Assembly: GCA_964016885.1 (NCBI GenBank)
Contig: CAXHJY010000238.1
Coordinates: 1-64,000 of the forward strand
Length of the DNA: 64,000 nucleotides
Origin: Eledone cirrhosa
Lineage: Eukaryota
Direction: 5' to 3'
A model generated the notes under the pieces. The model was not told the origin of the DNA. It saw only the letters and a program-made list of their open reading frames with translations, and made no database searches. Positions 26,545 to 38,860 of the stretch are shown piece by piece (positions within the stretch are counted from its first letter, which is position 1; each line of letters opens with the position of its first letter). The position numbers and the translations under genes were made by a program.

Positions 26545-26594
26545 ATGGCTTCCCGAGTTCGTCGTCATCGCTGGGCTTTGGACTTCTCTGGAAG
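26545..26594 (+). CDS. EMC4: EMC4 coding exon 1
   Basis: ATG...[16 protein letters not shown]+AG, donor GTTTGT. Confidence 0.88.
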
Positions 26595-28837
26595 GTTTGT
26601 AGCATTTATCATTGTATCTAGGACACCTCTAACATTGTTTTATTATGCATATCAGTTTCTATAATTCGTTCTATTTATGGATATATCATAATAAATAATA
26701 TTTTACTTTATCATTCTTATTTATTTCCGAGCTGTACTGCACATCAAACCGTCTCTTGGTGGTTTCTCTTCTACATCAGTCTCTTTTGAAGTGACAAACA
26801 CTTTCAACTATTCCCACACCATCCTTCTTTCTTACAACGAAAAACTTACCGATTCCGTCAATAATCAACATAAACTGTATTTTTCTGAGTGATTAGCTAG
26901 ATATATTTTACAGTAATATCTAGTACAGTTTTGGTGAAAATTAGGTCTTGTGTTAATTACCCTGCATGACACTAATTTTTTTTTTTACAAACACTACTAA
27001 GTGTGACTAGTTAATTTTAGGGTGCTCTTTATGAATATGAAATCCGTTTTGCTGCATCACATCTACATTTTAATCTACAAGATATCCCACATAGACTACA
27101 TTTATAGAAAAGTGTCTAATCTTGTGAAAGTTGCATGTAATTTATTAACTTATTAAACTAGATTTAATCACTGTTAAAATAACTATACAAAAGCATTATT
27201 AAAAAAAAAAAAGATGAACACCTTACTGCATGCTACATTACATTTCTGTAAATTTGGTATATAGGGGGGTATGTTGTAGATAAAAAATCTAGATGTGATG
27301 GAGCAAAACTGACTTCATATTCAAAAAGAGCACCCTAAAATTAACTATAATCACCCTAATTATCTCTTCCGAAAAAATTTTTTTTTTTTTTATATTGTCT
27401 TGCAGTATTTAGAGGGCGGTGGATTGGCAGTATCGGTAGAGGATCGGACGCCATGCTTTGCAGCAAAGAGTTACGGCCCTTTATGATCTGAGTTCAAATC
27501 CCGCCGAGGTTAACTTTGCCTTTCATCCTTGCGGGGTCGATAAAATAAAGTACCAGTAATGCACTGGGATAATTGCTAGCCTTGTGCCAAAAGTAGAAAT
27601 AATTATTAGGTTGGGGAAAATATATATTTCAAATCGGGCCTTTTGTTTACAAACGAATCGAGCGTTATTTTTTTATTGTATTAAATAGGTTTATCTACAA
27701 TAGTTTATAACTTTGGCTATTAATCCGTATGGTGAGCAAATGGGGTCCCACGTGCTGGCCTCCCCACAGCCCCGGCAGACAGTTCAATATAAGGGTGGTG
27801 GATCGGTAGTGTCAGACGCCATGCTTTGCAGCATAGAGTTACGGTCCGAGTTCAAATCCCGCCGAAGTTAACTTTGCCTTTCATCCGTACAGGGTCGATA
27901 AAATAAAGTACCACTAGCCTACTGAGGTCGATTTAATCGACTTTCCCCTCCCCCAAATTACTGGCCTTGTGCCTATACTAGAAATCATTAATATTCGATA
28001 TAACTCGTACGTACATATGTATATATATGTGTGTGTGTGTATATATATATGTGTGTGTGTGTGTACGTGTGCATACGTACATTGATATATCAGCTATGCT
28101 AGGCCGAGAAATAATTTTATTTTATATATATATCCAAAATTAAATTAAGGGTGTCATGTCAGAGAGACATGCGCCATATCCACTGTAGAAATATGTTCCA
28201 AGATTCCAATGAATAGATCCGAGCATTTTATATCAACTAGAAATTGATTGACATATATATCTAAAATAAATATATATATATCTAAAATATATCTAATATA
28301 TATATATATTTGAAATATATATATATATCTAAAATATATATATATTAAAATAAATATATATATCTAAAATATATATATATATCTAAAATAAATTTATTTT
28401 AGATATATATATATATATGTCAATCAATTTCTAGTTGATATATATATATATATATATAAATCAGTTCTGTATGAGCAAGACATTTTCATCTGACCTGGTA
28501 TTGCCCACAACAGGACAACTCGTCTAACCCATGCTAGCATGGAAGAATGGGCGTAAAATGGTGATGATGATATATATATATATATATATATATATATCAT
28601 CATCACCGTGTAGGTGTCACGACAAAAAAACACACAGTCCACGCTGTAATGTGGCCGTGTAGGCAACACGGTAAAAACCTCCCAGTCCCACACTGTAAAT
28701 GTGGTTGGTGTTAGGAAGGGCATCCAGCTGTAGAAAACCCGCCAGCAAGACAACCACTCTTGCCTCAAGTGGGAAAACTCCCGTCCAAACCCATGCAAGC
28801 GTGGAACATGGACGTTAAACGACGATGATGATGATGA

Positions 28838-28882
<45 letters not shown>

Positions 28883-31800
28883 TCCACACTGTAAACGTGG
28901 TTGGTGTTAGGAAGGGCATCCAGCCGTAGAAAACCCACCAGACAGTCCTATTCGAGCAAGACAACCAATCTTACCTCGTCCAAACCCATGCAAGCATGGA
29001 AGATGGACGTTAAACGATGATGATGATCTATATATATATATATATAACTATTAATATCTGCAGTCAAATTGATTTTATTTTTTTATTTTTAGGAATTACT
29101 CGTCAATTCCTAAGTTGTATTTTCTCAGAGTTAGTCCCTCTCCAACGCTTTGACGACTTAATATTCAGTGAGCTTGAGGTCAATGTCCGACTTTCCAGAA
29201 TACCGCAACCCTTGCCCTAACGGTTTGGAGGTCTTGGTCTGTGTAAATGCTCATATTTGTCTCTACCTTGCTTTCTTTCCTCCATCCATGCTTCTTTCCA
29301 ACATGGATGAAACTATACTACAGTGGAGATAAGCTGAGTTTGTCACTTTCCCATACTTTTAACTCCCTCTTTGATCATTCTGATCAATTTTCTAGGTGCT
29401 GCTTACTTTCAACAAGCACAAAGTTCTCTGGGTACTGGTTTGATGCCCTGCCTGTGTCCAACATTGGTGGTCTTCTTAGTCAGGACAAGCTCTCTGAGTG
29501 GGAGCCGATGTCTGTGGGGGTCTGAGATGTCGCTATGGTAGGTGCCTTGACTACACAGGCCTCCATGGTTTGTCCTGCTGCCAGAATGCTGGTCGCTTCG
29601 GCTGCCGCACCAAGCTAAATCTGAGCATTAAGTGGCCCTAGCTCGGGTAAATACCCCTCAGTTTTTGAGCCGGCTGGATTATCCAGAAATGATGGGAAGA
29701 AACCAAACAGCCTTACCCTTTGTCCCTGGGTAAAAGGTAGGTGTCTTATCTGGGACGTCACAGTCAGTGACTCTTTTGCTCCCTCCCACATCATGTATGC
29801 TACAGTAAATGTGAGGGTTACTGCTTCCATTGTCGAACGGATTAAAATCATGAAATACCGAGAGCTATCAAATAACTCTTTTTTTCCAGCCTGTGGCATT
29901 TGAGAACTTTGGTGGAGGTGGGCTGCTGACAATGAGGTTCTTGTCATCGTTGGTGACTCGCCTTACTTAGGTGTCAAATGGTGCCTGGTTGTTTCAGCAC
30001 CTTAGCCTCACCACCACCTGTGGTAATGCTGGCAGCATGTTCGCTTGCCTCAAAGTGTTTCATCAATCCTTTGTGATGTGCGGTCGATTGACACAATTGG
30101 TGGTGAATTCATGGTCGTTTTTGGAGAATCGCAATTTCCTTTGTTTAAAATATATAAAGGAGGCACATGGCTTAGTGGTTAGAGCATTGGCCTTGCAATC
30201 GAAAGATTGTGAGTTTAATTCTCAAACCGGGTGATGTGTTGTTTCCTTGAGCAAGACACTTTATTTCACATTGCTCCAGTTTACTCAGCTGTAGAAATGA
30301 GATGATAGGGACTGGGGACCCTATCATTCCACTGCAAAGTGGTCGTGGAGGTGCCACGGCAAAAAAGCCCCCAGCACTCACTGTAAATGAGGTTGGTGTT
30401 AGGAAGGGCATCCAGCTGTAGAAATCAAGCCAGAATCAGTTCCCGTCCCACCCTTGCAAGCAGGGAAAAGTGGACGTAAAATGAAATGATGATGATGATG
30501 AATTCAGAGAAAGAATCTGGTTGCGTCTTCCAAATTGGAGAGGTGGAGTAGAAGTATTTGGGGAAAGATTTGCTTTTTCAATATTGATATTTAAACAATA
30601 AAAAAATATTCAAGAAATTTTAAAATAAGTTATGTGGTAGGGTAAATGTTTGGAAACTGGGTGATAGTTAATGTGGTCACACTCTGCAAGGTTGAAAACA
30701 AAAACAAAGTCGAATTCCATCCACCTCTTTCCCTGGCAGTATTTGAACTCAGGCTGCGACTCTACTCTACCAATTCTGATATTCCTTATACTTTATTATA
30801 TCAGTTGTTAGTAACAGCTGTTGTTTGTATCTTTAACTATTTTGTTTTTGTTGCAGGTCCAAATGTGACCACCAGGTGAGTCGAATCCCTGACCTCCGAC
30901 CTCCGGTAGGGTATAGTGAAACTGCCAATGTATCTGATAGAGTGAAAGACATTGATCCAGATTTAATTGTTAAAGTAAGTATTTGATATATATATATATG
31001 TGTGTGTATAAATATATATGTTTATATATATTAGGAGGCACATGGCTTAGTGGTTAGAGCATTGACCTTGCAATCGAAGGGTTGTGAGTTCAATTCTCAG
31101 ACCGGGTGATGTGTTGTTTCCTTGAGCAAGACACTTTATTTCACATTGCTCCAGTTTACTCAGCTGTATAAATGAGATGATAGGGACTGGGGTCCCTATC
31201 ATTCCACTGCAAAGTGGTCGTGGAGGTGCCACGGCAAAAAAGCACCCAGCCCACACTGTAAAGTGGACGTGTAGGCGCCACGGAAAAAAAAGCACCCAGC
31301 ACTCACTGTAAATGCAAGCAGGGAAAAGCGGACGTAAAATGATGATGATGATATTAGAAGCACAAAGACATCATATATGCCTTCATACATGCCTATACAT
31401 ACATACATATATATATATGTATGTATATATATACATGCCTATATATATATATATATATGCTTTTCCCTGCTTGCAAGGGTGGAACAGATCCTCTTCAGCA
31501 CAGCATGTTTCCATTTGATATATATGTATATATACATATATACACATGTGCACATATAGAGGGTGTCTCCCAAAAATGTATACATACTTCAACAGCACTC
31601 TAATAACATTTTTTGGGGAACATCCTATATTTTCACACACACAGATATATATATGAGCCTTTTTTAATTATTGTGATATTGTAATTTTAGAGATCCTGGG
31701 ATGTTGCACTTGGCCCTGTCAAACAAGTGCCAATGAACATTATTATTATGTGGATGGCTGGAAACTCAATATCTATTTTTCCTATTATGATGGTTGGAAT

Positions 31801-34800
31801 GATGTTTTTCAGGCCTATTCAGGCTCTCATTGGAATTCAAAATAGTAAGTAATTTTTGTATTTATATTTTTAATTATCTTCATCATTGTTTTATGTTCAA
31901 TTTTCCATGCTTTTCAGTTCTTTTCCAGCACAGGATCTCTCCACTTGTTGCAGTCCTTTGTCATCTCCCTTTGTGGGCTTCAGCAATTTAAGATTAACTC
32001 TCACAACCTCTGTCTTAATCTTACTTCGTCTTCTACTGCAGCTTCTTTCCACTGGGATTTTTTGGCACCTCTTCACCCATCATCATCCATACAAATCACA
32101 TGACCATACTAGCGCAGTCATCTCTCCTGCACACTACATCTGATTCTTCATATATCCAGCTTTTCTCTCAGTTCATCCATGCTTTGTCACTCAAGCACAT
32201 TAACATTGCACAACCATCGGAGCGTGATTGCTTCATTTCTCTCCAGCTTTTACATATCCTCAGCATTCTGATGTATGGCGGATTAGTGGAATTTTTAGTG
32301 TTGGACGGGTTGCCTTGTGGTATTTGTTCTGGCTCTGTGCATTCTGAATTAAAATCCCGCTGTGGCCTACATATGTGGTAGATGAAATCCGTCGTCCAGT
32401 TGAACATCACCAACCAGTCCTTGGATAACTTTAGCAGAGCCTATTTTATTGCAAGCATTTAGACCTGCTCACCCATCTAACTCTTTAGCATCTAAACCAG
32501 CTGTATCTGGCCAGCATTCTCTCACCTCTCTCTGTTCAATTGTTTCTACTTTTGGCACAAAGCCAGCAATTATTCCAGGGTATTACTCGTACTTTATTTT
32601 ATCGACCCCATAAGGATGAAAGGCAAAGTTAACCTCGGCGGGATTTGAACTCAGATCATAAAGGGCCGTAACTCTTTGTTGCAAAGCATGGCGTCCAACT
32701 CTCTACCTATACTGCCAATTACAAAATAATGATTACATACACACACGTCTATGTGATGAGTGTGGAAGGAAGGGAGCTGTGACAAACTATAGAAAACAGA
32801 GAATAGCTACATCTGTGTTACTCATACATATAGAGTATACACGTGTTTGTGTGCATGTAATTATTTTCTCTGTTTATATGTATGTGTGTGTATGTAATAA
32901 TTATTTTTAACTAGCGTTTTAAGATTGGCTACACTTTTGTGAGTGTATGTGTTGTTGAAGGAGCTAACTCCCTAGCAATCATCATCATCATACGTTCGCT
33001 TTTCCCTGCTTGCAAGGGTGGGACGGGAACTGATTCTGGCTTGATTTCTACAGCTGGATGCCCTTCCTAACACCAACCTCATTTACAGTGAGTGCTGGGT
33101 GCTTTTTTTGCCGTGGTACCTCCACAACCACTTTGCAGTGGAATGATATGGACCCCAGTCCCTATCATCTCATTTCTACAGCTGAGTAAACTGGAGCAAT
33201 GTGAAATAAAGTGTCTTGCTCAAGGAAACAACACATCACCCGGTCTGAGAATTGAACTCACAACCTTTCGATTGCAAGGCCAATGCTCTAACCACTAAGC
33301 CATGTGCCTCCAATATCGAAATAAATTAGAATTATCAAGAATTTAAAACTGCAGTTGAAAGGTATATACAAATACACATCTACCCTTTAGCTGTCATCTT
33401 TGAGGGCACGAGACCAGCTAGTAGATTTGATATGTGAGATAAAGCGTTGACCACAAAAATACAATAGTAAATATAGAGTAATGTAAATGCTAAAGGGTTA
33501 AGGTTACTTTCCTCCTTCCTTGACTAAACAATAAAGAAAACATTCTTTAAATATCAGAGTTTGGGGCTTGAAAGATGAGAAGACAGTTTTTGTTACTGTT
33601 GTTGTTACTATTGTTAGATGTCTGTCAGTTCCAGTGATGAGTATTCCAGTTTTATTATCAACAGAACAGCCTGCTTATGAAATTAATGTTGCAAATAGCT
33701 CAGTATTGCAAAGACACATGTATCCTAAATGTAAACCTCATGGAAATTCAGCATGACAGTGTATGACAAAGCTGACCCTTTGAGTTGCAGGTACAACTTA
33801 CTTTTTCCAACTAAGTGTACTGGAGCAACTAGAAAGAAAATGTTTTGCCCAAGAACACAATATGTCACCTAGAATCTAATTTCTGACTTTATGATTGTAC
33901 GCCAAACACTAACCACTAAACCGTGTACCTTCACAAAGATCATCATCATTTGAACGTCCCTTTTCCACGTTAGCATGAGTTAGACGGGTCATCCCATTTG
34001 AGGCAAGTTGGGTCAGGGGACCGTGTCTTACTCATATCGGACTGTTTCTGGCTAGGTTTCTACAGCTGGATGTCTTTCCTAACGGCAACCACATTTATAG
34101 TGCGGGCTGGGTGCTTTTTGTTGTGACACCTAGATGACCACTTTACAGTGTGGGCTGGATATGTTTTGTTCATAGTGTAAGGGTGCTGTAGACAGGAGTC
34201 GGTGGGTATAGTGGTTAAGAGGTGCTTACTAGGTGTATGTTTGAGTCTGTGTGGTGCATGGGCAGATGTGTCTTCTGCAGAATGAAAATGGATAACTACT
34301 AGGGACCATCAAGTTGACCAAACGTCTATCTTATAAATCTGTACCAATGTGGTAAAATACTTTATTTTTTATGCTTCTATTTCAGCTTTCAAACTGATAG
34401 AAGGTTACCAAGGACCTTTACAAAAAATAGTCTACTTTTTTGGGAATGTCATCTGTTTGGCTCTGGCTGTGTATAAATGTCAGGTGATGGGTTTGTTACC
34501 AACTCAGCCATCAGACTGGTTGGCCTTTGTTGAACCACAAAAGGTAGGTATAAACATTTCTACTTCTTCTTGTCTCAGATTCTTGTTGTTTGCCTGATTG
34601 AGATCAGAGATCAGTTTCCAGGGTGCACCACAAGGAGGTCAACAACTTGGGCCCCAACAGCTAGCCACATAAATCAATTATCATAAAACTAGCTAGCTAC
34701 CTACCTGAATCAATTTTTATAATACTTGCTAGCCACATGATTCACCTATTATAATACTAGCTAACCACATGAATCACCTATTATAATACTAGCTAATCAC

Positions 34801-35023
34801 ACGAATTACCTATTATAATACTAGCTAACCACAGGAATCACCTATTATTATACTAGCTAACCACATGAATCACCTATTATAATACTAGCTAACCACAGGA
34901 AATAGAAAAAACAGTTGGTTGTGTCTTTCTCTGGTGAATAATATAGCACTCAACATAATTATTTCTTTCTCTTTTTTTGTCTTTCAGAGAATGGAATGGT
35001 CTGGAGGTGGTGTACTTCTATGA
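26545..35023 (+). CDS. EMC4: ER membrane protein complex subunit 4 (EMC4/TMEM85), 5 coding exons, 171 aa
   Basis: join(26545..26594,30857..30974,31691..31844,34386..34543,34988..35023) = 516 nt, all introns GT-AG with consistent phase. Protein [16 protein letters not shown]...PVGY...[35 protein letters not shown]...[40 protein letters not shown] matches recalled EMC4 motifs. Confidence 0.96.
27413..27606 (+). mobile_element. SINE family B, full copy (others at ~27793-27990, 32540-32720 minus, 39743-39890)
   Basis: Head with A/B-box-like TGGCAGTATCGG and GAGTTCAAATCC, followed by the Nin-like GCCTTTCATCC...GGGTCGATAAA...GTACCAG core. Confidence 0.88.
29200..30060 (+). mobile_element. Degenerate CRE-like non-LTR retrotransposon (zinc knuckle/RLE region) in EMC4 intron 1
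   Basis: Fragments [59 protein letters not shown]...GNA. Confidence 0.75.
30159..30500 (+). mobile_element. SINE family A, full-length
   Basis: tRNA-like head (TGGCTTAGTGG A box, GAGTTTAATTC B box), CORE-like CCTTGAGCAAGACACTT, RTE-derived tail, (GAT)n. Confidence 0.92.
30857..30974 (+). CDS. EMC4: EMC4 coding exon 2
   Basis: ttgcag acceptor, (R)[39 protein letters not shown], donor GTAAGT. Confidence 0.92.
31034..31350 (+). mobile_element. SINE family A variant (internal duplication, tail deletion)
   Basis: Near identity to the 30159 copy. Confidence 0.9.
31691..31844 (+). CDS. EMC4: EMC4 coding exon 3
   Basis: ttttag acceptor, [51 protein letters not shown], donor GTAAGT. Confidence 0.96.
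32978..33312 (-). mobile_element. SINE family A
   Basis: Reverse complement of the 30159 copy. Confidence 0.92.
34386..34543 (+). CDS. EMC4: EMC4 coding exon 4
   Basis: tttcag acceptor, (T)[52 protein letters not shown], donor GTAGGT. Confidence 0.96.
34655..34900. repeat. 32-bp minisatellite (~7 copies) in EMC4 intron 4
   Basis: Unit ATAATACTAGCTAACCACATGAATCACCTATT. Confidence 0.9.
34988..35023 (+). CDS. EMC4: EMC4 coding exon 5 (terminal)
   Basis: Long pyrimidine tract + cag, [14 protein letters not shown]. Confidence 0.95.
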   Translation, partial: RMEWSGGGVLL

Positions 35024-35088
35024 ACAATGAATTTTGGTAGTCAATTGATGTTGTATCTGAATTATAATGGATGTTTATATTTAAGGAA

Positions 35089-35094
35089 AATAAA
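35089..35094 (+). terminator. Candidate polyadenylation signal AATAAA for EMC4
   Basis: First AATAAA after the stop, 65 nt downstream, followed by T-rich sequence. Confidence 0.5.
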
Positions 35095-35206
35095 CTGGTT
35101 TCTATTGGCAATTATTTGATAATTTGTATTTTTTAACCACAACTTTTGGAGATGAGGAAAGAAAGTATTGATATTATGGCTACACTATTTTCATTTCGAG
35201 GTAGAC

Positions 35207-35422
35207 TTAACCCTTTAGCATTTAAACCAACCGTATCTGGTCAAAATCCTCTCACCTCTTTCTGTTCAAACTGGCCATAACAGGCCGCTCATACTGTTGT
35301 TAAGGTATTGTTCCCAAAATGAATAATATCAAAATCTCGTAAGTTTTATATTATGTAAGATAAAGCGTTTACCACAAAAATACAATAGTATTTATTGAGT
35401 AATGTAAATGCTAAAGGGTTAA
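35207..35422. mobile_element. piggyBac-type MITE (same family also at ~32478-33501 interrupted, ~43425-43634, ~53490-53700, ~60237-60560)
   Basis: TTAA TSD, TIR CCCTTTAGCATTTA / TAAATGCTAAAGGG. Confidence 0.85.
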
Positions 35423-35424
35423 TC

Positions 35425-35780
35425 CATCACCTGCTTTAACACCACCATCTGGTCCTTGAGTGATAAACTTAATCTGTCACTTTGGTTTAACACCACCACC
35501 AGTTCCTTGAGTGGTAAACTTAATCTGTCACCTGGTATAATACCCCCTACCCCCACCACCACCACCCACACCTGGTTCATGGGTTGTAGATTTAATTTGT
35601 CGCCCAATTTAACACCACTGCCTGGTGTTGGGATAGACTTAATGTCACCCAGTTTAACACTACCTGGTCCTTGGTTGGTAGACATATGTCACCCACCCAG
35701 TTTTTCACCAGCACCTGGCCCTTGGTTGGTAGACTTAATGTCACCCTGTTTAACACCACCACCTAGTCCTTGGGTGATGC
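35425..35780. repeat. Degenerate ~50-bp tandem repeat
   Basis: Recurrent TTTAACACCACC..CCTGG..TTG..TAGACTTAATGTCACC. Confidence 0.75.
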
Positions 35781-36165
35781 CTACTTATGAAGTACGATGC
35801 TGCATGGTAGTGAGATGTGGACCAAGGATACAGGGAGTGTGCAATGGTTAAAAATGAATGCTTTGCTGTATGTGTAATGCATGAATGACTGATAGGGATG
35901 AGTTGAAGGAAAAACTTCATGGGAATCAGGTGTATTTTGCTGGTAGACATAATGCAATATAGATGGTGGTTGTTGGTAGAAGAAATGCTAGTTCCAAGAA
36001 GGAAGGAAACTGCAGAAGAGAAAACCAAGGAAAACCTGGGAAGAGGTTGTTAGAGCTGATCTCAAAATACTGGACTTCAGAGAGATGATGAAAGAACACA
36101 CCTGGAGAAGATTTATCCAATCCATATAAGCATGAAAAATCCAATATAAATATGATATGTGTGTT

Positions 36166-36289
36166 CAGTGCCGGATTTAGGATGAGGCCCTGAAGGAGGT
36201 AGGCAAAGTAAAAAAAATTTTTGACAGTAAGATGCCCACCCCTGGCAAACGTGGCCCTATGCTTAAGCACAATGGTAAAGCCGGCACTG
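36166..36289. mobile_element. Short hAT-like MITE
   Basis: TIR CAGTGCCGG / CCGGCACTG. Confidence 0.55.
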
Positions 36290-36439
36290 TGTAGGTCAGT
36301 CTTCACGTTCCTGTTCATATTAATACTGCTCACAGAGAGGAATGATATCTGTTTACAATACAACTCGCAGTTTAGTAGTTTGATGAAAGTCAGTAGCGTA
36401 TGTATGCATGCATGCCCTCATGCACATTGAGCCAGTACT

Positions 36440-36900
36440 TATTCCAGTTTCATGGCATGAAGCGACTGAGACTACAAAACAGCCCCTGGATAAGATGCCA
36501 GTCCATCACAGTGTTAAAGTCTGTCTCATTAGGCTGCTGCTTATCCTAGTTTCATGGCATGAAGCGACTGAGAGTACAAGACAGCCCCTGGATAAGATGC
36601 CAGTCCATCACAGTGTTACAGTCTGTCTCGTTAGGCTGCTGCTTATCCTAGTTTCATGGCATGAAGTGACTGAGAGTACAAGACACCCCCTGGATAAGAT
36701 GCCAGTCCATCACAGTGTTACAGTCTGTCTCGTTAGGCTGCTGCTTATCCTAGTTTCATGGCATGAAGCGACTGAGACTACAAAACAGCCCCTGGATAAG
36801 ATGCCAGTCCATCACAGTGTTAAAGTCTGTCTTGTTAGGCTGGTGCTTATCCTAGTTTCATGGCATGAAGCGACTGACAGTACAAGACTTCCTCCTGGAC
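36440..36900. repeat. 102-bp tandem repeat (~4.5 copies) derived from a SINE body
   Basis: GTTTCATGGCATGAAG at 36447, 36549, 36651, 36753, 36855; single-copy relative at ~37525-37760. Confidence 0.92.
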
Positions 36901-38072
36901 AACACGCAACTTAGCCCAGGAATCGAACCCACAACATTATAATCGTAAGTCCCAACACCCTTGCCACTAGGCTAGGTGCCTTCAGCAGTGTATACTATAC
37001 TTAAAATAAGAGTTGGGATCAAGAAAGGTATCGAACTATAGTAAAACTATCTCAAAGTCTCATTCCAGCATGGAAAAGTAGACCTAAAACTGATGATATT
37101 CTTGGATACATTATATGACAGTACTATACTGGTACTTTAGTTTATTGACCCCAGCAGCTAAAAAAGGACAGTGTGGTGTGGAGCTAAACATATGTATCCG
37201 TATATCTATGTATTCATCAGCTAATCAGTATTAGTAGATTAGTTAATATCAGGTCGTCAACTTTGTACCATTATATAAATGTGTTTGTACCTAAGTGTAT
37301 ACTTGTATACTTGTGTGGGGGATAGGGTGACATCCTGAGGAATCGTTAAATAACAATGGAACTTGTGGGTTTGATCATAACTCATCCAAAACTGATAAAA
37401 AGGTCCTCCTGCATCATAATTTGGATATTAGCCCATATGTTTAGGGATATAGACATAGGCAAGCTTATGTTTTATATCTGTATGTCTAAATCTAATCTAA
37501 AGTCTGTCTTAAGCCAGAAGGCTTGTTAGGCTGGTGCTTATCGCGGTTTCATGGCATAAAGCGACTGAGAATACAAGACTTCCCCCTGGACAGGAGACCA
37601 ATCCATCACAGGGTCGAACCCCCAGCTATTGCTAGTACTTATTTTCAATTGGGTATATTAAAGCATGATGTGTTTTGCTCAAGAATGCAACACACAATCC
37701 AGCCCAGGAATCGAACCCACGACATTTTGATCGTAAGTCCAACACCCTTACCACTAGGCCACATGTGTGTGTGTGTGTGTGTGTGCGTGTTAAAGCATGG
37801 TCAAAACTGAGCAAACTGTATCTCAATTGTTAGTCTTTCATTATTGATTCAATATATACTTGGAATATAAGACATGCTTTTTTCCCCAAAATTTGGCACT
37901 CAAAATCACTGTGCATCTAAATTTTTCCTACTTTTTGATTATAAAATGTTTACATACGGTAATTACCTCAAACCTGACCTTCGCTTTATAAGACGCACAA
38001 TGATTCTGCGGGTCAAATTTTGAAGGGGGAAAAAGCGCGGCATATATCCCGAGAAATACGGTATTTAGATTA

Positions 38073-38860
38073 ATGAAAACCATGCATTTTGGGAGTAAAA
38101 ACCCAACGTCCACATACTCCCTCCACAGCACTAATATCAAGAAGTCTTCTTGTGAACATGACCTGGGCATTACGGTCAGCAGTGATTTGCGTTGGACGAA
38201 GCACGTCTCTAAAATTGTTAAGAGGGCCGAGGGTGTCTTAGCATCACTCAGCAAGACCTTTGTCAGCCGCTCTCCAGCTATCTATTTAAGGCTGTACATG
38301 GCTATGGTGCGGCCACACTTAGAATTTGCATCACCAGTCTGGAATCCCGATCTTGCTCAGAACATTGACCGCCTGAAAACTGTTCAGAGACGTGCAACCA
38401 AGCGAATACTCTCCATCAGGCATCTACCATACTCTGAGCGCCTTGCTTCCCTGGGCATGGATACATTGAAGCTCCGACGCCTGGCAACTGACTTGGTAAA
38501 CACCCACAACATTGTTAACCATTTTGCCAACAACAACCCTGAGTACCACAAAGTCAGAAAACAACACAGTTCCCATGACTTTCGGAAATATTTTTTCACG
38601 CTCAGAGTTGCTGAAGCATGGAACAAACTACCTGCATCGGTTGTTAGCTGTCGAGACACTGCATCTTTTAAGGCCTCCATGCTTCCCGAGATCCGCCAAC
38701 ACTACACCTAATGTTCCCCCTCCATACACATACACACATGTATACCATGACTCATACACTATTCACTTCCCTGACATTTGTGTATTATTCTATGTACTAT
38801 ACATACACCTTTGACGAGTTGTAGTGCACCTGAGCACTTTACACAATAATTTCATTATTA
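38073..38860 (+). mobile_element. CR1/L2-like LINE 3' fragment
   Basis: DLGI.VSSDL.W..H, LY..MVRPHLEFASPVWNP, VQRRATK, FFTLRVAEAWNKLP; (ATT)n tail. Confidence 0.88.

Noticed and set aside
30159-30235. tRNA genes
   Set aside because: tRNA-like heads run directly into SINE bodies and lack a proper acceptor stem; they are SINE promoters
36408-36914. 168-aa repeat protein
   Set aside because: In-frame artefact of the 102-bp SINE-derived tandem repeat
37180-37230. Possible minus-strand hammerhead (also ATGATGAAGGG...CCCAAAAC at ~24844)
   Set aside because: Core nucleotides are mutated (GATA or AAAA instead of GAAA, loss of C3); at best decayed remnants
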